A model generated the notes under the pieces. It was not told the DNA's origin. It searched no databases and saw only the letters and a program-made list of their open reading frames with translations. Positions 13,041-24,687 of a stretch of DNA of 64,000 nucleotides are shown piece by piece; within the stretch, counting starts at the first letter, position 1; every line of letters starts with the position of its first letter. The translations under genes and the position numbers were made by a program. This DNA comes from Pavona decussata. Lineage: Eukaryota. The stretch covers positions 1,178,001 to 1,242,000 of the forward strand of contig CDRNST010000056.1 of the NCBI GenBank assembly GCA_977016875.1. The letters run 5' to 3'.

Positions 13041-15305
13041 ATGGATATTCAAACCTTGTTGAACAATCTTCATGAAGAAGTATCCTGTTCTGTTTGTATG
13101 ACCAAGTTCACTGATCCAAAGCAGCTGCCATGTTTGCACAGCTTTTGTCTTCACTGCCTGCAAAGGATTCAACGAACGAGCGGAAATCGAGAGACCATTT
13201 CATGTCCAGAGTGTAGGCAGAACTTCAGGATCCCTGAAGACGGTGATCTTAACGCTTTGCCGACAAACTTTCGAATCAATAGTTTGTTGGATGTGTTAGC
13301 CATAAAAGAATGCAACATGAGCGGCGTGAAGTGTGGAAATTGTGACAAAAGAAGCGGAGGAAGTAGTTCGTACTGCTTTCAATGTTGTTCCTTCTGGTGC
13401 GATGAATGCATCAGCTCCCACAATTTCATCAAAGTCTACAAAGAACATTACGTGCTGGCGCTGAAAGACTTCCAAGATCGAGACTTTGAGAACATTTTAA
13501 AGCGGCCAGCATTCTGCCAACAGAAGCACCATGAAAGGGAAGAGCTCAAGTTCTTTTGCACAGATTGTAAAGTTGCCATTTGCAATTCATGTGTTGCTAC
13601 AATTCACGAAGGTCACGCTAAAATGGTTTTGGAAGAGGCAGCTAATGCGCGAAAATTAGAACTGAAGTCAGCAATTGAATATCAGAAACTAGAGGCACAG
13701 AACATGATGGCACAAATCGAAAAACTGGATGAGAACTGTGTGACAGTTCAAGAACAAGCTGCTGGAGCTAAAAGGGACCTGCAGCAGTTTGTTGACAGCA
13801 TGACTGCAATTATGGAGGCAAAAAAGATGAAATTCTGTGATGGAGTGGAGAACAAAGTGGAACAATATCTCAAGAGAGTGGGAATGCAAAAGCAAGAGAT
13901 TGAACAACAAGTAAAAATGCATGAATCATCAATCGAGAAAAGCGAAGTACTCTTGAAGCGAAGCACAAGCGCTCAAATCATGCAGCCAAATGAACTTCTG
14001 GACAAACCATTTAGGAGGCAAGGCGACCAAGTACGAGACACATTTGACCCTGATAAGTCTGATAACATAACTTCTCCTTTGTTTCATTTCGTAAAAAATG
14101 AAAAGTTGTCCGATCATGTAAGCGTCGAACAACTCGGCAGTTTCAAATGTTTTCTCACTAATTCTATTCCACAACAATCAAGTGCAACAGGGAAAGGGAT
14201 CAGTGAAGCGACTGTTGGACTTGAAGCACAGATTGTCGTGACAACAAGGAACGCTCAAGGAGAACAACGTTACGAAGAGCGTGACTGCATAACATTGGAA
14301 ATCACAAATCGTCAAGGCCATGACTGTGTGACTCAAGCGCAAGTCCAAGATAACAAAGATGGCACTTACAAGATCAACTACTTTGCCAAAGAAACCGGGA
14401 CGTGCCAGGCATCAGTGAAGGTAAATGGAGAATATGTTCGTGGCAGTCCTTTTCAAGTTCAAGTCAAACCCAGACAGTTCAGACCCATGCTATCTTTTGG
14501 ACTGAAAGGTTCGTCTGCTGGAATGTTTAGCAACCCTTGGGGGGTAGCAGTGAACGAAGGAAATGAGATTGCAGTGACTGAGACTGGTAATCATAGGATC
14601 CAGGTATTTAGTAGTAATGGAACCCATTTGAGGTCTTTTGGTAAAAAAGGTGATCAGCAGGGAGAGTTTGACTGGCCTGCTGGGATAGTTTTTCTTAATG
14701 ACAGTATTATTATAGTGGCTGATTGTAAAAACCACCGCGTTCAACTCTTTAGTGGTCAGGGTGAATACCTTGGACAGTTTGGAGTAGAAGGAAGTCTTGA
14801 TCACCAGCTTAAGAATCCTCATGGTTTGTCCATTGACAGTGATGGCAACATTATTGTTGTTGATAGAGGAAATAAATTAGTTAAGGTCTTCTCGCATGAT
14901 GGTCAGGTTTTTTGCCACATTGGCACAAAGGGGTCTCTCATCGGCCCATTTCACTGTATCCAACATGATAACTTTCTTATAGTATCAGACCGAGGTGATC
15001 ATTGTGTCAAGGTGTTTAACAGGGAGGGGAAATTTCTTTATAAATTCGGAGAGAAGGGGGATGGGGACGGGGAGTTTAATGACCCTAGTGGTCTGTCAGT
15101 AAACAAAGCAGGTAACCTGATGGTTTGTGATACCAGCAATCACAGAATTCAGGTATTCGAACTGAATGGAAAGTTGGTCACCAAGTTTGGAACAAAGGGC
15201 AGTAAAATGGGAGAGTTCAACCGACCACTCTCTGTAGCAGTCATGAACGATGGTAGGATAGTTGTGTCTGACAATCTCAATCATCGTATTCAGGTGTTTG
15301 CATAG
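13041..15305 (+). CDS. TRIM-NHL E3 ligase paralogue G1 (TRIM71/TRIM2/3-type architecture), 754 aa
   Basis: C3HC4 RING (CSVC..PCLHSFC..C..CPEC), two B-boxes, coiled coil, filamin (DNKDGTY..GSPF), six NHL repeats; single open exon. Confidence 0.95.
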   Translation: MDIQTLLNNLHEEVSCSVCMTKFTDPKQLPCLHSFCLHCLQRIQRTSGNRETISCPECRQNFRIPEDGDLNALPTNFRINSLLDVLAIKECNMSGVKCGNCDKRSGGSSSYCFQCCSFWCDECISSHNFIKVYKEHYVLALKDFQDRDFENILKRPAFCQQKHHEREELKFFCTDCKVAICNSCVATIHEGHAKMVLEEAANARKLELKSAIEYQKLEAQNMMAQIEKLDENCVTVQEQAAGAKRDLQQFVDSMTAIMEAKKMKFCDGVENKVEQYLKRVGMQKQEIEQQVKMHESSIEKSEVLLKRSTSAQIMQPNELLDKPFRRQGDQVRDTFDPDKSDNITSPLFHFVKNEKLSDHVSVEQLGSFKCFLTNSIPQQSSATGKGISEATVGLEAQIVVTTRNAQGEQRYEERDCITLEITNRQGHDCVTQAQVQDNKDGTYKINYFAKETGTCQASVKVNGEYVRGSPFQVQVKPRQFRPMLSFGLKGSSAGMFSNPWGVAVNEGNEIAVTETGNHRIQVFSSNGTHLRSFGKKGDQQGEFDWPAGIVFLNDSIIIVADCKNHRVQLFSGQGEYLGQFGVEGSLDHQLKNPHGLSIDSDGNIIVVDRGNKLVKVFSHDGQVFCHIGTKGSLIGPFHCIQHDNFLIVSDRGDHCVKVFNREGKFLYKFGEKGDGDGEFNDPSGLSVNKAGNLMVCDTSNHRIQVFELNGKLVTKFGTKGSKMGEFNRPLSVAVMNDGRIVVSDNLNHRIQVFA

Positions 15306-15375
15306 GTGAACATGAGTTGTATATTCAGTCCTCTGGATATGACGTCTCTAAAGGGGCATCTTTTAGTTGTTTTAA

Positions 15376-15759
15376 AGGGGCACTGTCGCTGAGACTTTTG
15401 CTGCCGATATTTGATCAAAGCTACTCAAATATTTAACACAGGACCTTTTCTCTAACATGAAATTGTCTGTAGAGCAAAAAAGAGGAAAGTATAAACCGAT
15501 TTCTTCAAGGAAGAACAAAGTATGAATAAGTTTTTTGCAGTTTTTCAAAAATACGCATGAACAACTTTAAAAAATTGGCCATTTTTTTTTCAAGTTGTAA
15601 TCCATTTCCATCCAAGCCATCCGCAGCAAACGATTATAAATACTAGCTTATTTAATTACTCGTAAGGTAATTGTTAACATTACTGAATCATTATTTTAAC
15701 ATATCCATCGATACAAATGTTTATTTAAAGGCACAATAAATATGGGTGACACTGCCCCT
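15376..15759. mobile_element. TTAA-flanked MITE (Kolobok-like); same family as 30621-30996 and 48954-49329
   Basis: ttaa|AGGGGCACTGTC...GACACTGCCCCT|ttaa. Confidence 0.75.
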
Positions 15760-15851
15760 TTAAATGTCTAAATTTATGTGCGAAACTTTACTTGAAAATA
15801 AATATCACATCTAAGTACATTCACTGAATAATAAATCATTTTAATTATTAA

Positions 15852-16264
15852 AGGGAGGGGTTCATGGTTCTGCGCATGTCCATGAGTCAAACTACTCTTT
15901 TGCCTTTGCTCGCTACGATCCAAGCCTGTTTTTAATTTAATTCATTGTTTTTGAACCATTCGGAAGGGAATAGGTAACTCGGGTGGTAATTTGTTCATAT
16001 GATTGCGTTATTTCGCATGCAAATAACTGTAAACACATCAACCGTGGAATAAATCCTACAGGTCAACGCTAAATTATCGACAATATGAGTACAATCCACA
16101 AACATTTTCTGTGAATTTTGGTCATCAGTCATTTTGCTTGGACTAATTATAGAGTGTGATTACTGAAGTACATGTAAGTGGGATTTTTAAGGCCATAACG
16201 TTGATAAGAAAGAGAAAAAAGCATTTAAATTCATGCACATGCGCTGAAATCTGAACCCCTCCCT
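15852..16264. mobile_element. TTAA-flanked MITE (Kolobok-like)
   Basis: ttaa|AGGGAGGGGTTCA...TGAACCCCTCCCT|ttaa. Confidence 0.78.
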
Positions 16265-16421
16265 TTAAAGTCATAGGAATACCGTAGCTCCGGGGCAACC
16301 AACGGTTCGTTTCTGTGAAGTATCTGTTCGGAAAGATATTACCCGCCTCACAAATTCAAGTTAAATTGTGAAAAAAAAAAAGAAACGTTTTCTTTAGCGA
16401 CAGGTCACTGAAACTTTCGCA

Positions 16422-16975
16422 ACAATTCAATTCAATTCCATTCAATTCAATTTTATTCACACTTATTACAACGAAATACAATATATTTTATAGTAAGAAA
16501 AAATTAAACGTGCAGAGCAGTTTATTGAATGATTTTACCTTCTACGGAAGAAGTGCGTAGTGGCCAAAGGAGCAAGGCTTTCGTGTTGGCCACTACCTCT
16601 GTGCATTTAAATAAAATAGGGGGAAGTAGAACTGAATTTATAATACTGGTCGAAGAGCTACAGTAAGGAAAAAAGTGTTTACAGCAAATATATAAATAGT
16701 ATACGTTATTTTTTTTATATTATTTATGTTTGGCTATCAAGTAGAAAAAGTTTGTATTCCTTCTTAAAAACATTGTAAGGCAGACACTAAACTTCCATTG
16801 GAATTGTTTCCCAGGTTTGTGATGCCACTACTCTAAACCGTGCTAAACCATAATTAGTTCTAAAAAATGGTCTCTACAGGTTTTGACTAGTGGCAAATCT
16901 GGTATTATATTTATGGATATCAGAAGCTAGGGAAACAAGATCATGGAGTGCAGGGGGTTTTTCTTTCAACATTGA
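16422..16975 (-). mobile_element. 3' end of a CR1/L2-group LINE
   Basis: (TTGAA)n tail, GTGGCCAA/TTGGCCAC hairpin, ORF2 C-terminal relic HKYNTRFA..RTNYG..RF..SQTWETIP. Confidence 0.72.
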
Positions 16976-17786
16976 AAAGCTAATTCGTATTGTTTTCGTT
17001 GTTAAAAGGGCGGAAAATGACCAGCTATAGAATTTTCGGGAATGAGATTCTGTTCCATAAGATTAGTCGGGCAGGTCACACTGTGTTAGCCTACACAACG
17101 GAGAGTCTTTGTAAGTACTTTTGGAATGAAAGGGCGCGCGAGGTCATACGGGCACTATGATGCGCAGCAATACTTGCTTTCAGAAGTATTCTAGAGCTGT
17201 AAAATGAAATATATTAGTTAATTTAGGGAAATTCCATTGCCAGTATTTTCTTTCTAGTTGTCGTCGGTTTTTAGCTAGAAAGGAACGGGTGAAGTAAATA
17301 TTCAAATACCTTACACTTTTATTAGAAAAAACTTTCTTGTAATGGATTATATTCAAACTGACGCAGATTGAAACAGGGTATTAAAGTTTAATTCAACTGT
17401 AACCTTTTTTCTCTGACCTTGGTTTTATATTAGAATGTTCCGTTGCAGTAAACTAATGTGGGTAAACACTCGTTTATTTTATTGATTTTCATGTCCGATC
17501 ACTAAACAGCTACCGCCGGAGCGCCTTGTCGAGTTATTGTTAACTTCGACGCGCGACAGACAGTCTGACAGACAGACAGACTGACAGACAGACTGAGTGA
17601 TAGTAAGAAAGAGAAACTTTATCATACCTCGTGACGTCACATTTAGCATAAAGGCAAACTGTTTGTTGTTGTTTCTTAAGAAGTAAAGAGATAGTTGGAA
17701 GGATGGCGAGACCAAGCAGCATTGAGTCATTTTAGCTTGCGTAGCCGACGGTTTGTTGACTCCAAGGCAAAATAAACCCTTATACC

Positions 17787-17985
17787 ATCGTCGGAGACCC
17801 AGGGGCAGTTAGTCGGGTAGCAGTCGGGTAAACTTTTCTGGCCAATCAAAAGCGGGGAATTCAAATGCTTCTGGAACTGGTTCGGTAAGAGTAATTGCCC
17901 AGGGGCTCTCCCGTTCTTACAGTAAACTTTCGCCCACGAAAATCCCTGCTACCCGACTATAACTGCCCCTAGGTCTCCGAGAATG
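17787..17985. mobile_element. Hairpin MITE
   Basis: Arms tcggagacccaggggcagttagtcgggtag / ctacccgact..aactgcccctaggtctccga. Confidence 0.7.
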
Positions 17986-18313
17986 CCCTTATACACGACT
18001 AAATTTTCTTTGCGGTTAGTAGCTGGTTAACGAATTTCCCCTCTAATAAAAAGAAAGCAAACAAAGCTAGACCAAGAAAGTAGTGCACTCTTTCAATTTC
18101 TTCAACTTGAATAACCACCCCAAACTTTCACTATACATGCGTTGTGAAGACCACGTATAAGGAAAAAAGACATTGCCGTTAACATTTTGCCCGCCAAGAG
18201 TATAGGTTCTATTCTATACTTTCTTGCCGGTGTCCTGTGGACGCAAAAAGATGGCGCTTGAGTGGCAGGTATTATGGGTAATACTCCTTCAACATCCGTT
18301 TTCTCATTCGTGT

Positions 18314-20963
18314 CCATTACTACTAAATACCTGGATCCCATGGTTACCAGTCTCAGTCACTGCAATCTCATTTTTTTTTCATTCACTGCTATCTCCCAAG
18401 GATAGCTAAACATTCCATCAGACGAAACTTGTTGTCCAAAAGATAAAACGGGTCTGAACTGTCTGGGTTTGATTTGAACTTCAAAAGGACTTCCACGAAC
18501 ATGCTCTCCATTTACCCTCACTGATGCCAGGCATCTTCATTTTCCGGTTTCTTTGGCAAAGTAGCTGACCTTGTAAGTGCCATCTTTGTTATCTTGGACT
18601 TGCGCTTTAGTTGCACAGATATGGCCTTCACGATTTGTGATTTCCACTGTTACGCAGTCACGCTCTTCATAAAGTTCTCCTTGAGCGTTCCTTGTTGCCA
18701 CACCAATTTGTGCTTCAAGTCCAACAGTCGCTTCGAAAATTGCTTTCCCTCACGCACTTGATTCCTTCGGTCTGGTTTTGGTTGGGAAATTAATGAGAAG
18801 GCCGATTTGTTCAGCGCTTACATGATGGAACAACTGCTGATTTTTCACGAAATCAATCTCCGGCGAACTTTAGTCGTCACGGTCAGCTGGCCTTTTTGAT
18901 AACCTTGTATCTGAAATGGTTTGTCCACAAGTTCATTTGGCTGTACGATTTGAGCGCTTGTGCTTCGCCTTAAAAGTATTTCGCTTTTCTCGATTGTCGT
19001 TTCGTGCATTTTGAGTTGTTGTTCAATCTCTTGCTTTTGCACTCCCAGACGCTCGAGATATTCTTTCACTTTGTTCACCACTATATCAAAGATTTTCACC
19101 TTTCTTGCATTCATGATTGCAATCATTCTGTCAACAAACTGCTGCTTGCACGTCACCTTTCCCTCTAGCGGATTGTTCTTGAAGTTTAACACAATTTTCA
19201 TCAAGTTTAACGATTTAATTGTGCCATCTTGTTCTGTGCCTCTTGATTGCGATATTCAATTGTTGACTTCAGCTTTAATGGTCGCTTATTTGCCGCATCT
19301 TCCAGAAGTGTTTTGGCGCGTCCTTCGTGAATTGCCGCGATACATGAACTGCAAATGGCAACTTTACAGATCTTTAACTCTTATTTTTCGTGGTGTTTCT
19401 GTTAGCAAAACGCTGGCCGATTTAAAATGTTTTCAAAGTCTCGATCTTAAAAATCTCTTAGAGCCAGTGCGTAATATTTTTCGGGATCCGGGATTTGGCT
19501 CATTTTAAGACAGGGATTCGGTATTTTGGAGGAAAAGGGGAGCGAGATTCGGTATTGTAGTTATAAACAGGACACGGGATCAGGCGATTTTACGAAACGG
19601 GATTCGGCAAATGTTACTTTAAGAACCGAGATTTGCTTCGGACGGGTCATATTGCCACTCAGAATAGAGGGAAACACATCTGAGGGGCATGAATTTTTGA
19701 AATAATCTAAAAAAAAAGACGAGGGTGATTTTACGATTAGGGTAATATATTTTTCCAATATTTCGAAAGGCACGGCCTTTCTCGGCTTAAGGGTATGTTT
19801 GAGACACCCTAAATAAGAGAGGCCTTGCCTTTCGAAATATTGCAAAAATATATTTCCCTAATTGTAAAAGCAGTAGACTGTTCACAGCCCCCCTATTTTT
19901 CCGTGGGATTCTCGAGACCGGTACGCTTCGATGGAACCGCCGCCATCTTGGTTTGTAATAGGGAGCGCGATCTTCCCCTCCCCCACTATACTAACACCCA
20001 CTCCCGCTCCCCTCGGTAGTTTAGACACTCTCCCCAGATCGCGCTCGCTTTTACAAACCAAGATGACGGCGATTCCATCGAAGCGTACCGGTCTCGAGAA
20101 TCCCACGGAAAAATAGGGGGACTGTGAACAGTCTATAAAATCAGCCTCGCTATTTTTTAGATTATTTGTTCTACAATTTGTTGCTGATTAGATCCTTTAC
20201 TGCAGGATACGGTACTTTTGTCTTGTCGCGGTAGTCCTTCCAAACACAGTTACTGGTTTTTATTCAATTTTTCAAAATTTTCGAAGGGAGCATGCCCCCA
20301 GAAACCCTTAAAAAAGTAGATCTTTTCCTCATCCTAACCCTTCCGCAATTCATTTCAAACTTTCTGTGTTTCGGTCTTAAAGCGAGGGAATTTGGACAAG
20401 CCAAGGAAAAGGAAATTTTACCTTTGAAGGAAAGGACTTTTACAGATTCATGACCAGGATCGGGATTAGCCCATAAAAGCAAACGGGACTCAACGGGATT
20501 GGGGGAAATTTTTGGTCAGGATGGCGGGATTGAAGAACCCTATTGTGGACCCGCTTCTTTGTTAGCTTAAATGCCATTATGGAAACTGATACAATTACCA
20601 CACCAAAAGGAACAACACTGGAAGCAGCATAAAGAGTTTCCCCTTCTTTCGTCGCAATTACCACACTTCACGCCGCTTGCATGTCATATGTTGCATTCTT
20701 TAATGGCCAACACATTCAACAAACTATTAATACGAAAATTTGTGGACAAAGCGTTAACATCACCATCTCCCGGGATCCTAAAGTTCTGCCTACACTTTGG
20801 ACATGAATGTTCTCTCGAATCCGCTCGTTCGTTGAATCTCTTGGAGGCAGTGAAGGCAAAAGCTGTGCAAACATGGCAGCTGCTTTGGATCAGTGAACTT
20901 GGTCATACACACAGAACAGGATACTTCTTCATGAAGATTGTGCAACAAGGTTTGAATATCCAT
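18314..20963 (-). pseudogene. TRIM-NHL pseudogene G2, closest to G1 and inverted relative to it
   Basis: ATG at 20963 ([16 protein letters not shown]..); frameshifts; ~1.08-kb insertion at ~19477-20554; coiled coil EIEQQLKMHE..RSTSAQI matches G1; homology ends in the first NHL repeat. Confidence 0.9.
19477..20554. mobile_element. Composite nested non-autonomous DNA elements inside G2
   Basis: Outer element rich in cgggatt motifs ending gaaccctattgtggaccc; inner palindrome ~19700-20170; innermost hairpin MITE 19874-20135 (tagactgttcacag...ctgtgaacagtcta). Confidence 0.75.
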
Positions 20964-21115
20964 GATTAATGAGCGAAAACACTGAAAAAGCTTTGGGGCT
21001 AAACACAAACACGCCAAAAAAAAAAAAATAAACGAAGTCTTAAACAATGAGGTCTTGTTACTTAGCCCAGGAGATGTTGAACTTTAAATGCCTACCAGTC
21101 ACAAAGTGCTACTTA

Positions 21116-24100
21116 AGATGTTTTGACTTCTAAGTTATTGCTCTCATAATAGATTGACCTCTTAATAGATTGACTTTCGAAAGTCTAGGCTACAGTCTTG
21201 AGTCAGATCTTCAGTTTCCAGTGCTTGGAGCTTGGTGAAATACTTCTATTACAGGAGACTGCTCACTGTCTCTTTCTAAATAGTCGAGTGGGAAGGAGAA
21301 AAAACCCTACTGGGGTGTTGTTTAGCTCACTCGCGTCTTTGTTTAAGCTCTCCCGTTTGAAACTCCACAAAGGGACTTCAAGATCAGTAGAATTCATAAC
21401 TACTACAGTCTGAGTCTTTGGAAATTGGACAATGATTGAGCCCGTCACTTGTCGTGATTTTGCGTGTCGCAATTCAATTTGCAGCCGGTTAACTGAACCA
21501 AAACATTAGTTTTTTTTGAAGTGTTTTCTTAGAAATGAGATGAGGCTACAAGCTATTTCACACGCAGGATTTAGCATAAATGAACCACAAAGTGCAAAGG
21601 TATCTTCTAACAACATCAACACTGATCAACCACAAGCTTATCACATGTTTCAGTGACCCTGTGATGCCTGTCTTCTAAGAACGATTGATTGCACAGGAAA
21701 AAAAACATCCTGATGTTTTGAGAATTGCGATGAAAAAAGCGCGACGAGTATGTTTTTAGTTCATTCACTTTAAACAGAGTCGAAGAAACGAAATGCTCTC
21801 TTAGGCTCTATTGATGAGAATTTTTTCGCCAACTTAGTAAAGAAATCAACACTATGAACATAACGGGAAAATATAAATGGCTGAAATAGCAAAAGTAATT
21901 GTTTCTGCCCCTCCGGCCCTCCGGCAATCGGTCGTCCATAATTCGTAGTTGCTAAAGTGAATTCGATTCGCTTTCGCTAAACTTTATTCGCTGTCGCTGA
22001 TAAGTTGGATTCGTTATCGCTAAATATCAATTCGCTGTCGCTAATTTCAAAACTGCTGACTTTAACCATGGGAAAATCGATTCACCGAGGAAAAATTTAC
22101 CCGAAATTTATCTTGCGTTTCACTTTCCCTCGTTGAAAAGGTCACACGTATTGCCTCAGGCGGCTCTTCTTTGGGATTCAGGCTGTTTTTGGAACAAAAA
22201 TAAATATTTTGATTAGGAAAAAATCAGATAGATTACGAAATGAAGAAAGAAAATCGTGGAATATTCAGGAAATTGAGGATTCAAAAGCGAATTATACTCA
22301 CATGATAGCTCTAAATCGCGCCATCTAAGCCGCGTGCACGTCAAAAATGCACTTTTGCTTTACTTCAGATGGATTAAACTGAATAGTTTCACAACACGAT
22401 ATAATTCCAGATCTGTCAACAACGTACATGCCGACAAGCGCCGATTGGTTTATTTGCATGCATATGATTTCCTGTTTCACCCATTCTGCTAGCTGTGATG
22501 AGCAAATCTTTTGTTCTCTTGACGGATCCCATCTCCGTTAGGCGAAATGTAATTTACATCTCGGGAAAAATTCGTTACACTGACAAATTCAGGTTTCCCG
22601 TGAGTAGAGTGTCATCAAGTCACCTTCCCCCTGCCTTGATTGGAATGAATGTATGTCAGGACTTCAATTAACTTTGTGCACCTCTTCCCTGTGCTATTAT
22701 GATTATTGGCAAGACGACAAGGGCCATGAGAATGTGTTTTGGCGAATCGTTAGGGGAAAGTGCAAACCCAAGGATGGGAAGGGGAATGGAGGTGCTGTAG
22801 GAATGCAATCGATTCTTCTCATTCTAGATGAACCGAAGCTACGGTGCCGGTCCTGATGTTTGATATGGCCAGCTCAATCTATTCCTGCCATACAAAGGCT
22901 GACCTCGCAGTAAAAGCGGCAGTCAACACTGGTTTTCATACAGGTCATCCAATGCCTCCTCCACAAAAGTAACACTTCGACTAAATAAAAATAATACTTC
23001 ACGTCATGCTAAACATTTCCTTGTGCCTAATTTAATGCACACTAGCTTCATGTAATTTCTCCTCTTCGGCACAACCAATTTAATACAGAACGATATTTAC
23101 CTGTAGATCGACTGTCGCCGGCGTACGCTCGCACACTTGATTCTTTGTGAGGGGCTCTATTGTCTCGCACTTCTCCCAGACACTCTCAGTTGTCGAAAGC
23201 AAATGCGCTATGAAAAGTTTCCGTCGTGTCCCATTTGGCATTTTTGTTACAGCGCTTTTCCTGTCGCATTCTTTAAAACTAAGTCTTGATTAGCTACAGC
23301 AAGCTTCTCAGTTGCCGAATAAATGAATGAAATCAATTATGGCTTCAAGCTCTTGCTTTAATTCAGTTTCACTGAGTTAATGCTGAAAATATTATGATAT
23401 ATTTGCACCTTTCTATGCTTTAATCCTCCCAAATGTAACTACAATTAACAAAGTAACTGTTACAAAATTGTTTGAATGTTACGGAATTGATATACATCAC
23501 AGCTTACTAGTTTAATTAAGGCTATAACTCATTAATAAACAAGACTCCTGTCACAGGATTTCATTGACCCTTCGCGCTCTTTCACTTTTACAGCTCAGAG
23601 TAGATTATGGAACACAATGCCAGCTATACTCCTTTAAAGGCTTTACAAAGTTACTTTGCCAACGCTACGATGAAATATACTATAGATCATTTAAGTTTCT
23701 TGCGATAACGATCTACTTTCTTTCGCTTATCTTTTTACGAGTAGTTTGGGAGGGCCACTAGTCAAGCAGTCAGTTGATTAAATAATAAAAGACCAAATAA
23801 TAAAAGCTTTCTTTCCGTGAACCAAACTGATATATTTTTCAACTCATTGTCCAGTAAATTAAGACCAAACAGTTTCGAATATCTTTGGTAATAAAAGGAC
23901 GTTCTGAGCGACTATACCTAGCTCCTTGAATTGTTCTCAGCAGAGATTCAATGTCTCAGTCTAGGCACATATAATTCACTTTTCAAGTGGTTTCAGTCTT
24001 AGAGAATCGCCTACAACAAAACTTTGCTGACCATCTGCCTTGGAAAGCCTTTCAACACAATCCTCGAACAATGAGTTGAAAAATACTTCTAGTTGTTCTC

Positions 24101-24687
24101 AAGTCTTTAAAGTAACCCTTTAATGCCTTTGACCCTTCGTTCTTGACGATTTCACAAACTTTCTCCAGGACATGAGTCGCATTGTAGTCGATTAATTTTA
24201 CAGGACATTAAACCAAGAAGGCACTTTGGACGCTAGTCGATGGTTAAACGGTGACTCGATTTCTGCTTATGTAATTGATTGAAATTAACTGTCCCATGGA
24301 GAATTATTATTACATCCCGCGGAACCATCTTCTAAAATAACAATGACCTAAGACATCTTTGTTTGCAACATGGAGCTTCAGACATATCTCCACAATTATT
24401 GCAAATTCATATTAAAACATACTGTTAAAACAATGGGAAAATGGAATGTAAATAAATGGACGACCCTTTGTCGTAAACAATGGTGGAGACGTTTCTACGG
24501 ATTTTGAACCATGCTTGAAAACGTATAACTATGTTACTATCCCTGCCATACCACTAAATATAACAAGTAATATTGACAAGGGTGCAAATCTTCGATTGAT
24601 GTGATCTTTTATAGGATTGATACCGTCCCAGCTTTTTGCAATACGACCAAGACACTCCAGCCGGCGGTGCTCGGACCAATACCACAT
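21116..24687. repeat. Segmental duplicate of ~31530-34534
   Basis: Collinear high-identity match; this copy has ~510 extra bp at ~21697-22205. Confidence 0.9.

Noticed and set aside
13041-15305. Assigning the symbol TRIM71/lin-41
   Set aside because: The architecture matches, but a multi-copy single-exon array cannot be called the orthologue without a phylogeny
21940-22055. Five ATTCGCTGTCGCTAA-like repeats with short variable spacers, superficially CRISPR-like
   Set aside because: Repeats are ~15 bp and degenerate, spacers only 6-10 bp, context is eukaryotic with no cas genes; more likely TE subterminal repeats within a copy-specific indel
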